This document shows positions 8,988 to 18,975 of a stretch of 58,146 nucleotides of DNA, piece by piece (positions within the stretch are counted from its first letter, which is position 1; the number at the start of each line of letters is the position of its first letter). Under the pieces are notes generated by a model, which did no database searches, was not told where the DNA came from, and was given only the letters and a program-made list of their open reading frames with translations. The DNA is taken from assembly GCA_016839445.1 (NCBI GenBank), contig JAEOUG010000154.1, positions 1 to 58,146 on the forward strand. Reading direction: 5' to 3'. This DNA comes from Candidatus Thorarchaeota archaeon (GTDB taxonomy: Archaea; Asgardarchaeota; Thorarchaeia; Thorarchaeales; Thorarchaeaceae). The translations under genes were made by a program, and so were the position numbers.

Positions 8988-11681
8988 CTAAGCTTTCCCT
9001 CTGGTATCAACCATTGTCTGGGCCAGTTCTCTGATAGCCCAGACCAAGTAGGAACTGATGTCCTCTCTGCTGTACGTTTCCTTGATTTGTCTGATCTTGT
9101 CATCGATGAACTTGTCGCGTTCTTCGACCCGGGATGAAGGACTGAACCCGGTCATGTACATCCTGAGCGACTTGTGCCAGTCGTCCATTGCTACAGCCTT
9201 GTCAAGCCACTTGCCCCTCATATCTTCCAGCTCGTGGAAGCAGGATATGGCCTTGGGCAGCGACTCTGCCTTCTTCAGGTCGGCTGCAAGTGTGTTCATC
9301 CGCTTGACATCAAAGACGATCTTGCTGAAGTCATCAGAGTGTCTCTCGATGACGCGTTCTATGGTAGAGAAGTACTGACTCTTCTTCTTCAGCTGCGCGC
9401 TGTAATCCTGTGCGCTCTTGTCCGCAATACCCTTGATGACATCTAGCATTTCTTCCTGGATACTTGCCAACGTGAGGCATACATCCAGCGCTTCGTTCAC
9501 ATGCGGGGTGTCCGTCTGCAGCTTCATGGGTACTTGGTCAAGCAGCACCTTGAGCCTCTCTACGAACTCCGACATCCCTTGATCCTCAAAGAGCTGCACA
9601 GCGTCCTTGATCTGCTCATAGGCTTCGTCAACACGGTCTCTGATCTTCTTGTGGACCTTCTTGGAGGTCGTGAGGCTCTCGAGCTTGTCGAATGCATCCG
9701 CAGCCTCCTCCAGTTCGCTGGGAGGATTCTTCTGCAAGTCATGGAGCATGTCGAGTTCTTTCTCCACCTTCACGCCAATGCTCTTGGCCTTCTCAAGAGA
9801 TGTGACCAGTGAGTCCACCTCGACCTTGAGCTGTTCGATGACCTTGGAAGAGATCTTCTTCTCGTAAATCTCTATCATCTTCCTGGCAATTGCGGGTAGA
9901 CTGAACACATTCTCCGCTGCAACTCCCACACTGTTCAGCTCGCTTATGGCCTCCTGTACGTCTGGAGGTATCTCGACGCCTGCGCCCATAAGCTTGGCAG
10001 CCGCGAGCCGAATCTTCACACCCAGGCGATAACGCAGGTTCTCAAGGGAGTCCTTGGCCTTCGCCAGAATGGACTCCTTTATCGATCGCATCTCTGACTT
10101 AATCTCAGAGAAGTCGTCCATCTTCTGAATGCGCTCTGAACCCTCGTCTAGGCTCACTACAATAGGCATGAAGATCTCGGCATACGCCGGTTTGATTGTC
10201 TGCAGGTCCATTACAATGGCGTCTATTTCCTGCTGACATGCATCTCTGAATGTGGCTACACCGCTCTCAACGGCTTCACGAAGTGTCTTCAGAGACTCGA
10301 GAAGGAAGACCACTCCTCCCTCCATCTCTTCCACCTTCGGCGCTTTCTTGCTCAGTTGTGCGTGATCCAATACCCTGTCTGCTGAGGTGGCCAGCTCATT
10401 GAACCTTGTGATGTAATTGCGGATGGAATCTTTGATTACGCGACGGTGATTGTCATCCATTGCCTTGGCCTTGAGGTAGATGCGGACCATCTCGTCCACG
10501 TCAGCTTCCTTTAGGCTCTTCTTCGACTCTGTAATGAACTTCCGGACCGCAGAAACGTCCTTTATGCCAGCGTCATCTGCGAAATCGAGTGCCTTCTCAA
10601 CATCATCTAGCAGCTCAAAGACTTGCTCTCTGAGGGCGATCTTGACCTGTCCTTCCCATTCGACCATTAGCTGGTAGCTGGACAGGAGTCCTGCAATGCC
10701 CTCTCCCTCTACAGAAACCGTTGGGGGGGTTGGAATCACGTCGGAGGTAGTCGGAATCCCTCCGTCAACGATCTTCTGTGTCACCTCGTGCTTGATGTTG
10801 ATAATCTTGTCACGAAGCATGTTGGCCATTTTGACCTTGGCGGAGTGGAGTTGATTCTCTAGGCTGACCAGCTCGGTCAGCGTCTGAGCCTTCGAGCCAT
10901 CTCTCGCCAGTATACGAAGCTGCTGTGTGAACTCCATCGGGAGTTCAAGACCAAGCCTTGAGGAGGTCTCCACCGAAGCCTGCAATGATTCGGTGTCGCT
11001 CACGAGCGAGTTGCTGAGCATCCGACTGACTTCGTCCTTCCTGCCATCGAGATACTCCCTATCCGTCATCAGCTTGTCATTCAAGATTGTGAGGTCTTTC
11101 AGGGACATGCCCGCCACTTCTTCTGTGGCCACAGTTGTAGCCACCTCACTCTTGTCGATTGTAATGTGCCTCTCGTACGTATCTACTGTGGCTTTGTTCT
11201 CATCAAGGACTCCCTTTACCTCTCTGGCGAAGTCCTCGTAGACTACCAGATATTGCTTCGAAAACGCTTTCGCGAAGTCATATAGCTTTGAGAAGTCTTG
11301 AAGGTCTCCTGCACCAATCCCTGGGAAGTTGATAGCGGCAATGGCCTTCGTTTCTGCAGGCTTCAGTTCCTGTATCTTAGGAACAATGGCCAGAGCATCC
11401 TTGTGCTCTTTTCTGAAGTGCTCGGCGAAGTCGCGAGTGGCCCTCATGAAGTCATCTTCGAGTTCACTTGAGGTCTTATCGACCTCCGTCTGAACCTTCC
11501 TCTTTTTCATGAAACCTGCTGATGTCAGGTCGTTCTCAAGCTTGCTTAGATTAGCAAAGATATCGTAAAGGTGACGTACTTGACGATTGGCTTGCTCCTC
11601 CATCGTAGGATTGACTGATGTGAGAATACCCTTGAGTTCAGCAAACCTATCCAGTTCGCGTCGCCATCCATGGCTGTCCAT
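8988..11681 (-). CDS. Large alpha-helical/coiled-coil protein (about 897 aa), first gene of the tubulin-like operon
   Basis: Long ORF rich in E/K/L/A with heptad-like periodicity; ATG 11681 preceded by GGAGGT; 12 bp gap to tubulin-like gene. Confidence 0.85.
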   Translation of the reverse strand: MDSHGWRRELDRFAELKGILTSVNPTMEEQANRQVRHLYDIFANLSKLENDLTSAGFMKKRKVQTEVDKTSSELEDDFMRATRDFAEHFRKEHKDALAIVPKIQELKPAETKAIAAINFPGIGAGDLQDFSKLYDFAKAFSKQYLVVYEDFAREVKGVLDENKATVDTYERHITIDKSEVATTVATEEVAGMSLKDLTILNDKLMTDREYLDGRKDEVSRMLSNSLVSDTESLQASVETSSRLGLELPMEFTQQLRILARDGSKAQTLTELVSLENQLHSAKVKMANMLRDKIINIKHEVTQKIVDGGIPTTSDVIPTPPTVSVEGEGIAGLLSSYQLMVEWEGQVKIALREQVFELLDDVEKALDFADDAGIKDVSAVRKFITESKKSLKEADVDEMVRIYLKAKAMDDNHRRVIKDSIRNYITRFNELATSADRVLDHAQLSKKAPKVEEMEGGVVFLLESLKTLREAVESGVATFRDACQQEIDAIVMDLQTIKPAYAEIFMPIVVSLDEGSERIQKMDDFSEIKSEMRSIKESILAKAKDSLENLRYRLGVKIRLAAAKLMGAGVEIPPDVQEAISELNSVGVAAENVFSLPAIARKMIEIYEKKISSKVIEQLKVEVDSLVTSLEKAKSIGVKVEKELDMLHDLQKNPPSELEEAADAFDKLESLTTSKKVHKKIRDRVDEAYEQIKDAVQLFEDQGMSEFVERLKVLLDQVPMKLQTDTPHVNEALDVCLTLASIQEEMLDVIKGIADKSAQDYSAQLKKKSQYFSTIERVIERHSDDFSKIVFDVKRMNTLAADLKKAESLPKAISCFHELEDMRGKWLDKAVAMDDWHKSLRMYMTGFSPSSRVEERDKFIDDKIRQIKETYSREDISSYLVWAIRELAQTMVDTRGKA

Positions 11682-11893
11682 AAGACCTACCTCCGTCTGG
11701 TGTGGCTGTGAATTCCTAGTATGTCTTAAGTTCTTTTTCTGTCGGTCCTCCCTTTTCAAAGAATGTGCTACGTATTGAACCATCTCGACGGGCTCTGACA
11801 TTCTGGAGGCGAAATCTTGTGCAGAGGGAAACTGCCTTAAGGACTCCTCCTGCCACTAACCCAACTAATGCCTCCCCCTGAGGCGATAGACCG

Positions 11894-13786
11894 ATGGAAG
11901 GTAGTAATGATTCTGCTCACGTCAGCTACGAGACCGTCACCAAGCTCGATGTCGATGCCATTGACCTAGCCTACGATGATCGGTTCCTCTATGCGGCCTG
12001 TAGAGACCAGAGGGTCCGGGTCTGGTCAAAGGAGAGCTGGCAGCTCGTGGCTGAGCTCGGAGAGACTGCAACCGAGCCGCTCGCAGTCGATGTAGACGAA
12101 ACGCAGGTCTACGCAACTTGTGAGAAGAGAGTCTACGTGTGGAACAAGGAATCATGGGGCATGATGGGATGGTTTGAGCTGTCCTATCAAGCCGTGGCGG
12201 CTACTCTTTACGGTGACTACTTCTTCGTCGGAGCAAGAGATGGCCGGCTTGTGTCGATTCAAAAAGACCCACCCCACGACACTAACAGCTGGCAATTGCA
12301 TAAGTCTGACATCACGAGTCTCTGGTCTGATGACAGGATAATCTGTACGAGTACGCGTAAGGAGGAGCCAAGGGTGTGGCTCAAGGCAAAGGATGCTGCC
12401 CCCTCCGAGCTGGCCCGTTTGGACATGAAGGGCAAGAGCGGGGTTGTGTCGGGGAACAGCGAGTTCGTTCTGGTCGGTACGGGATCGGGAGAGATTGAGG
12501 TATATGATAGAGTTGAATACAAACTTGTGAAGACATTGGAGCCAGAGAAATCACAGCCGGTTCACTCACTCTGGGTTAGCAATTACTACCTCGTCTCAGC
12601 GTCAGCTAATGGCACCCTTGTGCTCTGGGATCTTAAGCTGGGAGAGGAGGTGGGGGCCGTTGCTCTTGAAGGGCAGAGAGTCCAGTGGGTCAACGCTGAC
12701 CACGACCTTCTCTACGTGGCAACCAGCGGAGGTATCTTTGTCATTCGGCTGGTTGCAGGAGGGAGGCCGCTGGATGTCTGCTCAGAGGGGCCTGTTCTGT
12801 GGAAAGACAGCCTGCTGAAGACCTCTCCCTATGATGTTCTGGAAAGCGCAATCCAACTCGAGAAGCGGGGCGATGAATGCTATCAAGATGGCGTCTTTCA
12901 TGAAGCCGTCAAGGAGTATGAGAACGCTTTGCAGCTGCTCATCGACAACACACATGCTCTTCTTGAAGTTCCAGAGGAACGGCAGATGCTGACCGATGAA
13001 CTCAATGATAAGCTCGGAAAGGCGCTTCTGCGGTCAAAGATGGAAGAGATCAGCGTTCTGAGTCACGACATCCGGCAGTTGTCAGAGGAGCTCGAAGTCA
13101 AGAAGCGGACCGACATGGAGCCTGAAGAGGTCGAGAATCTCTGGGCATCGGCAGGCAGAGCTATCAAGGAGAGCAGGGTTCTTTCAGAAGCCCAGGCCAG
13201 TGACATGCTCAGCTACCAGCTAACCAACCTTGTTGACTCTCTAGACCAGGAACTTCAACGAGCCATGGACAGATACACAGACTTCCGCGAGACCATCAAT
13301 CAGGCCTTGGCCCTCACGCGACGTATCTCCAATGAATGGAGATGGATGGAAAGGAAGCGGACAACGCTCAATGAGCGGCGGGACTATCTTCGGGGCGCAA
13401 TGGACAAACTGGCCGAGGCCCTGAAAGACTCGGAAGAAGACAGCGAAGTCCACAAGGTTCTCTCAGGAGCTCTCGAGGAGTACAGGCGGCTCCACTCGCA
13501 AATCGAGAGAATAGTGAAATCTCGTGATGATGATTCTGCTGGCACAACACTGGAGAAGGAAGAAGCCAGAGAAGTCATTGAAGGGCTGCTCAATGTCCTG
13601 CCGAAGAGGATAGCCGCATGCAGGGCTATCAAAGATGAAAGACAGAGAGAACTCGAACTCGGCCGGATTCTCTCGGCGCTGGATGAAGCAATGGAGACTG
13701 CATCATCGTTCAAGATGTCGAAAGAGAAGGACGCCATTGAGAAGTTCATGAATGATTTGAAGCCCGAGCCCGGCCAGGGCGCCTAG
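11894..13786 (+). CDS. WD40-like beta-propeller + MIT/TPR-like helices + coiled coil
   Basis: Repeats such as LYAACRDQRVRVWS, HKSDITSLWSD, LVSASANGTLVLWDL; then AIQLEKRGDECYQDGVFHEAVKEYENALQL and a long helical tail. Confidence 0.8.
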   Translation: MEGSNDSAHVSYETVTKLDVDAIDLAYDDRFLYAACRDQRVRVWSKESWQLVAELGETATEPLAVDVDETQVYATCEKRVYVWNKESWGMMGWFELSYQAVAATLYGDYFFVGARDGRLVSIQKDPPHDTNSWQLHKSDITSLWSDDRIICTSTRKEEPRVWLKAKDAAPSELARLDMKGKSGVVSGNSEFVLVGTGSGEIEVYDRVEYKLVKTLEPEKSQPVHSLWVSNYYLVSASANGTLVLWDLKLGEEVGAVALEGQRVQWVNADHDLLYVATSGGIFVIRLVAGGRPLDVCSEGPVLWKDSLLKTSPYDVLESAIQLEKRGDECYQDGVFHEAVKEYENALQLLIDNTHALLEVPEERQMLTDELNDKLGKALLRSKMEEISVLSHDIRQLSEELEVKKRTDMEPEEVENLWASAGRAIKESRVLSEAQASDMLSYQLTNLVDSLDQELQRAMDRYTDFRETINQALALTRRISNEWRWMERKRTTLNERRDYLRGAMDKLAEALKDSEEDSEVHKVLSGALEEYRRLHSQIERIVKSRDDDSAGTTLEKEEAREVIEGLLNVLPKRIAACRAIKDERQRELELGRILSALDEAMETASSFKMSKEKDAIEKFMNDLKPEPGQGA

Positions 13787-14412
13787 CTGGCCACAATTCC
13801 GTCTAGAAAGGGGTAGTCTTCCTCGAGTTCTTCGTCTCTCACGAGGTCCAGCCACTCGTCTGCCAGGATTGAGAGTGAAGGATCTAGAGACACCGCGTAT
13901 TCAGCTGCCTCGATGGCTGAACCATAGTCATCAAAGACTAGGTGGCACACTGCAAGATTGTACCACGAGATTGCAGAATTGGGATTCAGATCAAGCGACT
14001 TCTGAATCGCGTCAATAGCTTCCTCCCACTCCTCCTCGGCAATCAGAGCCGTAGCTAGCAGTTCCCACTCTCTAATCTTCTTCGGATGGATTCTCAGGCC
14101 TTCACGAAGTGCGCCAATACCCTCCGCATTCTCGTTGAGCAGGAGATGAAGGTAACCCTTGTCCGTCCATAGTGTGGAGGAGCTTGGATCGATTCTGACC
14201 AGATTGTCTAGGGCCTCGATTGCCATTCTTCCATTTCCGAGTTCAAGATTGCAGGACACGATTCCTTCCCAAGCTCTCACGCTCTTTGGGTCGAAGCCAA
14301 GACCTCTTCTGTACTCGCGGATGGCCTCCAGATAGCGCTTCTTCTTCTGGAGGTCTCTAGCCTGCTCTAGGCAAGTATCCGCTCCATCACAAGCGCTCCG
14401 AGGTGCTCTCAT
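13783..14412 (-). CDS. Tetratricopeptide repeat protein
   Basis: About 4-5 TPR units (AIREYRRGLGFDP, AIDAIQKSLDLNPNSAISWYNLA). Confidence 0.88.
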   Translation of the reverse strand: MRAPRSACDGADTCLEQARDLQKKKRYLEAIREYRRGLGFDPKSVRAWEGIVSCNLELGNGRMAIEALDNLVRIDPSSSTLWTDKGYLHLLLNENAEGIGALREGLRIHPKKIREWELLATALIAEEEWEEAIDAIQKSLDLNPNSAISWYNLAVCHLVFDDYGSAIEAAEYAVSLDPSLSILADEWLDLVRDEELEEDYPFLDGIVAS

Positions 14413-15152
14413 TCAATCCTGCTCCGTATACTCATATGGTTCTCGTATGGAGCTGTCCGGCAGGCGAACCAAGAAAAAGCTTGTTCTGAAAGCATTGATT
14501 GCGAGTTGTCTCTTTCGTGGGATTGCATGGAGGAAATCGCCCTTCCCACCTCGACTCGAATCACATTGGTGACACACTGAGGGCCCGCACCTGGCGGGTC
14601 GGGGTCCGTGGTAGCATTGGCGTCTGCATTTGAGTACAGACCATCTTCAGGGAGAAACATCAGCCTGAACCCTTCTGAGTAACTAGGCACAAGGTCACCC
14701 TCGAAACCGAAAGCTATCACCATGTCACCTTGGAGGTCATAGTAGCTCTGGTTCGGATAGACCTTCGAGTACGGGAATGTCTGATTGTAGCCGTCCAGCG
14801 CAATGACTGTTACGTTGTCAGACTCAGCCATCCCTCCGACCAGGTCCACTAGGTCCGAGACCCTGACTCCCTGGTATGTTCCGTTTCCTCCAATGTTCCC
14901 TAGGCGATTCTGGTATGCACCCAAACGGGTGATGACGTCCCCCTGTAGCATTTCTTGGAGAGTCACGTTCACCTCTGACTCTCCTACTAGCATGACTGCT
15001 GGCGGGTCTGGGGGGTCTACTTGGAGGTCTTGGAGTATGGAAATAGCTACAAGAACTCCTCCCGAAACGAGCAAGACCCCGAGGAGGAACCCGTAGAGCA
15101 TCTTCTGTCCTGAGTCCAAGTGAATCAGTCCTCGATATGAAAGGCGAAACAC
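14409..15152 (-). CDS. Membrane-anchored exported protein, possible molybdopterin-oxidoreductase-like fold
   Basis: N-terminal TM; YQGVRVSDLVDLVG...VIALDGY pattern; N-x-S/T sequons. Confidence 0.55.
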   Translation of the reverse strand: MFRLSYRGLIHLDSGQKMLYGFLLGVLLVSGGVLVAISILQDLQVDPPDPPAVMLVGESEVNVTLQEMLQGDVITRLGAYQNRLGNIGGNGTYQGVRVSDLVDLVGGMAESDNVTVIALDGYNQTFPYSKVYPNQSYYDLQGDMVIAFGFEGDLVPSYSEGFRLMFLPEDGLYSNADANATTDPDPPGAGPQCVTNVIRVEVGRAISSMQSHERDNSQSMLSEQAFSWFACRTAPYENHMSIRSRIE

Positions 15153-15252
15153 ATCGTGAGGATAAAAGAGTTGGGAAAGGGTTGAACTGAGGGTGGTGCG
15201 CGGCTGCCCTTATTCCCCCTAGAATGTCATACCCCTCAGTGCTTATAGCCAC

Positions 15253-15633
15253 CTAGAGAACTGCGATGGCTTCAATCTCGATGCCTACATCTTTCGGTAG
15301 TCTTGCTACCTGCACCGCAGCCCTTGCCGGAGGTGGGTCGGAGAACCATTTCTTGTACTCCTCATTCATCTCTCCGAAGTCATTCATATCTCTGAGAAAG
15401 ACCGTCACCTTCGCAACTCGCTCGATAGATGAGCCTGCCGCCTCAATGACAGCCTTCAGGTTTGTGAGGCACTGTTTGGTCTGCTCAGTGATTGTTCCGG
15501 TAACCAGCTCTCCTGAGGCAGGGTCAGCTGGGATCTGGCCTGAACAGAAGACAAGTCCATTCGCCTTGATTCCCTGCGAGTATGGTCCGATTGCCTTAGG
15601 AGCACGATCCGTGGTAACTCTATCAATGGTCAT
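15253..15633 (-). CDS. ridA: RidA/YjgF/UK114 reactive imine deaminase
   Basis: [37 protein letters not shown]. Confidence 0.95.
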   Translation of the reverse strand: MTIDRVTTDRAPKAIGPYSQGIKANGLVFCSGQIPADPASGELVTGTITEQTKQCLTNLKAVIEAAGSSIERVAKVTVFLRDMNDFGEMNEEYKKWFSDPPPARAAVQVARLPKDVGIEIEAIAVL

Positions 15634-15685
15634 ATTGATCAAGTTGCTACAGCCGCTGCTTGAGCATATATGTAGCGGTTTCAGT

Positions 15686-16660
15686 CTATCTCCTTTCGGG
15701 CGGAGGTGGAACTGCGAAGCCGGCCACAATCCTGGTACCAGTTTCGCCGTTAAGCGCTCTTGTGATATTGGGTGGGTCTGTGATTATTGCCATCTCACCG
15801 CCGTTCTTGATGAACTCCACACAGGCCTCAATCTTCGGCAGCATGCTGCCGGGTGAGAAGTGTCCTTCTTCGATGTATCGTTGTGCCTGAATGTGGTCCA
15901 TCTTGTCAATAGCTTGTTCGTTGTCCTTGCCGTAGTTCAAGTACGCCTTCTCCACTGCCGTGGAGATCAAAAGGACATCAGCGTCAAGGCCTGTCGCCAA
16001 TAGGCTTGATGCCCTGTCTTTATCAATTACCGCGGCTACACCTTCGAGATTTCCCTCGCTATCAGCCACAACAGGAATGCCTCCTCCTCCGACTGCGTAG
16101 ACCACAATACCATCTTCAATCAGAGCCTTGATTGCTGGAAGCTCGATGATCTCCTTTGGAATGGGAGACGCTACAACGCGACGCCAGCCTCGGCCGGCGT
16201 CTTCCCTTATCTGCCATCCTTCCTTTTCCGCCTTCTCTTTAGCATCCTTCTCATCCATGAACGATCCAATTGGCTTTGCAGGATCCTCAAACGCTGGGTC
16301 GTCCTTGCTAACTCTCACCTGGGTCACTACAGAGACTGCGTGCTTGAGCATGTTTCTCTTGTGGAACTCGTTGTAGAGGGATCGCTGAATCATATAGCCT
16401 ATGGCTCCCTGTGTGTCGGCGCCACAGTAGTCCAGGGGCACTGGATGCAGTTCGTGCTCTGCGAGTTCAGAACGCCTCAGAATGAAGCCAACTTGCGGCC
16501 CGTTTCCCGAGGTAATAACGACCTCCCAGCCCTGCTGAATCATGTCTGCTATGTGTTTACACGTTTCCGCCGTAGCTGCATACTGATCAGGGACTGTCTT
16601 GTGTTGCTTGTCTTTTATGAGGCTATTCCCGCCAATCGCCACAACTGCCTTCTTGGACAT
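15686..16660 (-). CDS. arcC: Carbamate kinase
   Basis: [51 protein letters not shown]. Confidence 0.95.
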   Translation of the reverse strand: MSKKAVVAIGGNSLIKDKQHKTVPDQYAATAETCKHIADMIQQGWEVVITSGNGPQVGFILRRSELAEHELHPVPLDYCGADTQGAIGYMIQRSLYNEFHKRNMLKHAVSVVTQVRVSKDDPAFEDPAKPIGSFMDEKDAKEKAEKEGWQIREDAGRGWRRVVASPIPKEIIELPAIKALIEDGIVVYAVGGGGIPVVADSEGNLEGVAAVIDKDRASSLLATGLDADVLLISTAVEKAYLNYGKDNEQAIDKMDHIQAQRYIEEGHFSPGSMLPKIEACVEFIKNGGEMAIITDPPNITRALNGETGTRIVAGFAVPPPPERR

Positions 16661-16736
16661 AGTATATCATCTCTCTGAAACTGGGGACCGAGTGAAGAGT
16701 CTGTTCCTACTTAAAAGAATGGGTTTGAGCTGGACC

Positions 16737-17459
16737 CTAGACCTCTCTGAGCCACTCGTCAAGGTACACGCTCTCGAGTTCGTCCGCCTCGCCTATGTCC
16801 TTCCCTGTCATTCCATCTACCAATGTCTTAGTTCTGATGAGAATCATGGGGTCCTTTTCTAGGAGACCCTTGACGAACTCCATTGTTCTCTTCATGAGGT
16901 CATTCGAAGGCACGAGCATATCTGCAAGTCCAATCTGAAGTGCTTCCCTCGCAGAGACTTGTCTTCCTGTCATAAGAATGTCCTTTGCTCTGGAAGGTCC
17001 GACCAGATGAAGAAGATTGGATGCCGCTCCAGCACCTGGAAATATAGACAAGTCAATCTCCGGTAGCCGAAAGACTGCAGTGTCTGAGAACAACCTGAAG
17101 TCACAGGCTGAGGCAACCATGGCTCCGAAGCCGATGGCGTACCCATTGACGGCAGCGACTGTGACACACGTTCTGTTCTCGCGGATCAGCCGGATTGTCT
17201 TCTCAAGACCCTTGAAGAACTCGGCTGCCTCCGGTCCCTCCAAGCTCGTAATCATCTCCTTGTCGAATCCCGCGGAGAATGCTTGGCCGCCGTCTCCAGT
17301 GAAGACGATTGCTCTGATCTTGGGCTCATTGGCTATGTGTAGGACTGCCTCGCGAAATTCATCAAGCATACTTCTGGTCACAGAATTGAGCTTGTCTGGC
17401 CTGGATATGGTTATGAGTGCATGGGAGTCTTCGGTACTGACGACTATCTTGCCGTTCAA
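16737..17459 (-). CDS. Enoyl-CoA hydratase/isomerase family protein
   Basis: RPDKLNS, AFSAGFD, AAVNGYAIG, LPEI, PGAG. Confidence 0.88.
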   Translation of the reverse strand: MNGKIVVSTEDSHALITISRPDKLNSVTRSMLDEFREAVLHIANEPKIRAIVFTGDGGQAFSAGFDKEMITSLEGPEAAEFFKGLEKTIRLIRENRTCVTVAAVNGYAIGFGAMVASACDFRLFSDTAVFRLPEIDLSIFPGAGAASNLLHLVGPSRAKDILMTGRQVSAREALQIGLADMLVPSNDLMKRTMEFVKGLLEKDPMILIRTKTLVDGMTGKDIGEADELESVYLDEWLREV

Positions 17460-17525
17460 TTGTCCTCACCTTGATGGTCACGTCTGGTGAAGGTTCTGAA
17501 TAAAGTCTTGTGGGACAAACTCACT

Positions 17526-18011
17526 TCAGTAGTTCTTGCACGCATCACAAGTGTCGCCTACGTGGACGCTGAACTGCTTATGGATGTCGCACATAATTCC
17601 CTCGTCTCTGAGATGCCTTATGATTCGGTTGATCTCTCGTGTCATGGACTCGTAGACTTGCTCTTCCGAAGCACTACTCTCGAACACAGAGATAATCTCG
17701 TCGGCTGAGGCCTCAATTCGGGGCAGCACTCTATCAGGTAGCTGAACTTGGTCTCCGCGTGAACGCTTCCCCTTCTTCAGTAGATACTGTGTGATTGCAG
17801 GCTCGGTTACTCCTAGCATCTTCGCGATTTCCTTCTGAGTAATCTTGTGCTTCCTCAACCTACCATCTTCGCCAATTCGATCCACAACCTTGGTCTTCAT
17901 CGCCTTGGCGAGTTCACGTCTTACTGCAGGGAGCACATACCAGACCTCGACTTCCTGCGGCATCATCCATGTCCGGCGTTTCCGTTGCTTCACTTTGGCC
18001 CTATCTGACAA
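17526..18011 (-). CDS. Archaeal HTH transcriptional regulator with C-terminal Cys/His motif
   Basis: VLPAVRRELAK, TQKEIAKMLGVTEPAITQY HTH, CxxH...CxxC tail. Confidence 0.8.
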   Translation of the reverse strand: MSDRAKVKQRKRRTWMMPQEVEVWYVLPAVRRELAKAMKTKVVDRIGEDGRLRKHKITQKEIAKMLGVTEPAITQYLLKKGKRSRGDQVQLPDRVLPRIEASADEIISVFESSASEEQVYESMTREINRIIRHLRDEGIMCDIHKQFSVHVGDTCDACKNY

Positions 18012-18135
18012 GTCTATTCCCCACTTGTGTGTTCACAATGGTTAACCATGTTTCGCACCTAATAAGATTGCTGGCGATGGCAGGATGCTATGTGGACAAG
18101 GGAGCTTAAGTGGGATGCTCCCTCAGGGGAAGCAA

Positions 18136-18873
18136 ATGAACGAGGCCATCAAGCGTGCAGTCGAGGCCATCAGAGGAGCTGACTATCTCATAGCACTCAC
18201 TGGGGCCGGAATATCCAAGGAGAGCAATGTTCCTACCTTCAGGGGTGAGGATGGTCTATGGAAGCAATACAACGCCATGGACCTGGCAACTCCTCAGGCC
18301 TTCCAGCGCGACCCCGATCTTGTTTGGCAGTGGTACGCTTGGAGGCAGAATCTCATATCCTCGTGTCAGCCGAACCCAGCCCACCAGACGCTTGCGAAGT
18401 GGCAACACATTGGACTGCTGAAGGCCCTCATCACGCAGAATGTTGATGGACTTCATAGGAGAGCAGGTTCTTCCGATCTGCTCGAGGTTCACGGAAACTT
18501 GTGGGCTACCAGGTGCACAGCGTGTTCTCATACAGGCTACCTGACAGAGCCTGCGGGAGACACTCCTATCTGCCCAGAGTGTGGCAATCTTCTCCGCCCC
18601 TCGGTGGTATGGTTTGGTGAATCGCTAGACCCTGAGGTTATGGCCCTCGCACACAGTCACATCGAGAGGTCAGACGCTTGCATTGTGGTGGGCACGTCCG
18701 CCCTGGTACAGCCTGCAGCTTCGTTCCCTCTCCTGGTAAGGAGAAATGGCGGTGTCATCATCGAGATCAACATAGAAACTACTCCTCTCACACGGGTCGT
18801 GGATGTTCACTTGTCAGGGAAGGCAGGAGAGGTTCTCCCTCTCCTCGACAACGCGTATGAATCGTCTACGTAG
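18136..18873 (+). CDS. cobB: NAD-dependent protein deacylase (Sir2/CobB, class III-like)
   Basis: TGAGISKES, PTFRG, YxxR, TQNVDGLH, HG, two CxxC, GTSALVQPAA. Confidence 0.93.
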   Translation: MNEAIKRAVEAIRGADYLIALTGAGISKESNVPTFRGEDGLWKQYNAMDLATPQAFQRDPDLVWQWYAWRQNLISSCQPNPAHQTLAKWQHIGLLKALITQNVDGLHRRAGSSDLLEVHGNLWATRCTACSHTGYLTEPAGDTPICPECGNLLRPSVVWFGESLDPEVMALAHSHIERSDACIVVGTSALVQPAASFPLLVRRNGGVIIEINIETTPLTRVVDVHLSGKAGEVLPLLDNAYESST

Positions 18874-18975
18874 TGCTCGGCTCTCAGGCTGTCAAACATT
18901 CCGGAGTGGTTCTAGGCGGCAAATTGGGAACAGATAAATGCACCACAGTCAGGTTCCCTCCTGAGGCTGAATCGC

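Noticed and set aside
11682-11801. 40 aa N-terminal extension of the 937 aa ORF
   Set aside because: A better start lies at ATG 11681 with a GGAGGT SD; the extension covers AT-rich promoter-like sequence
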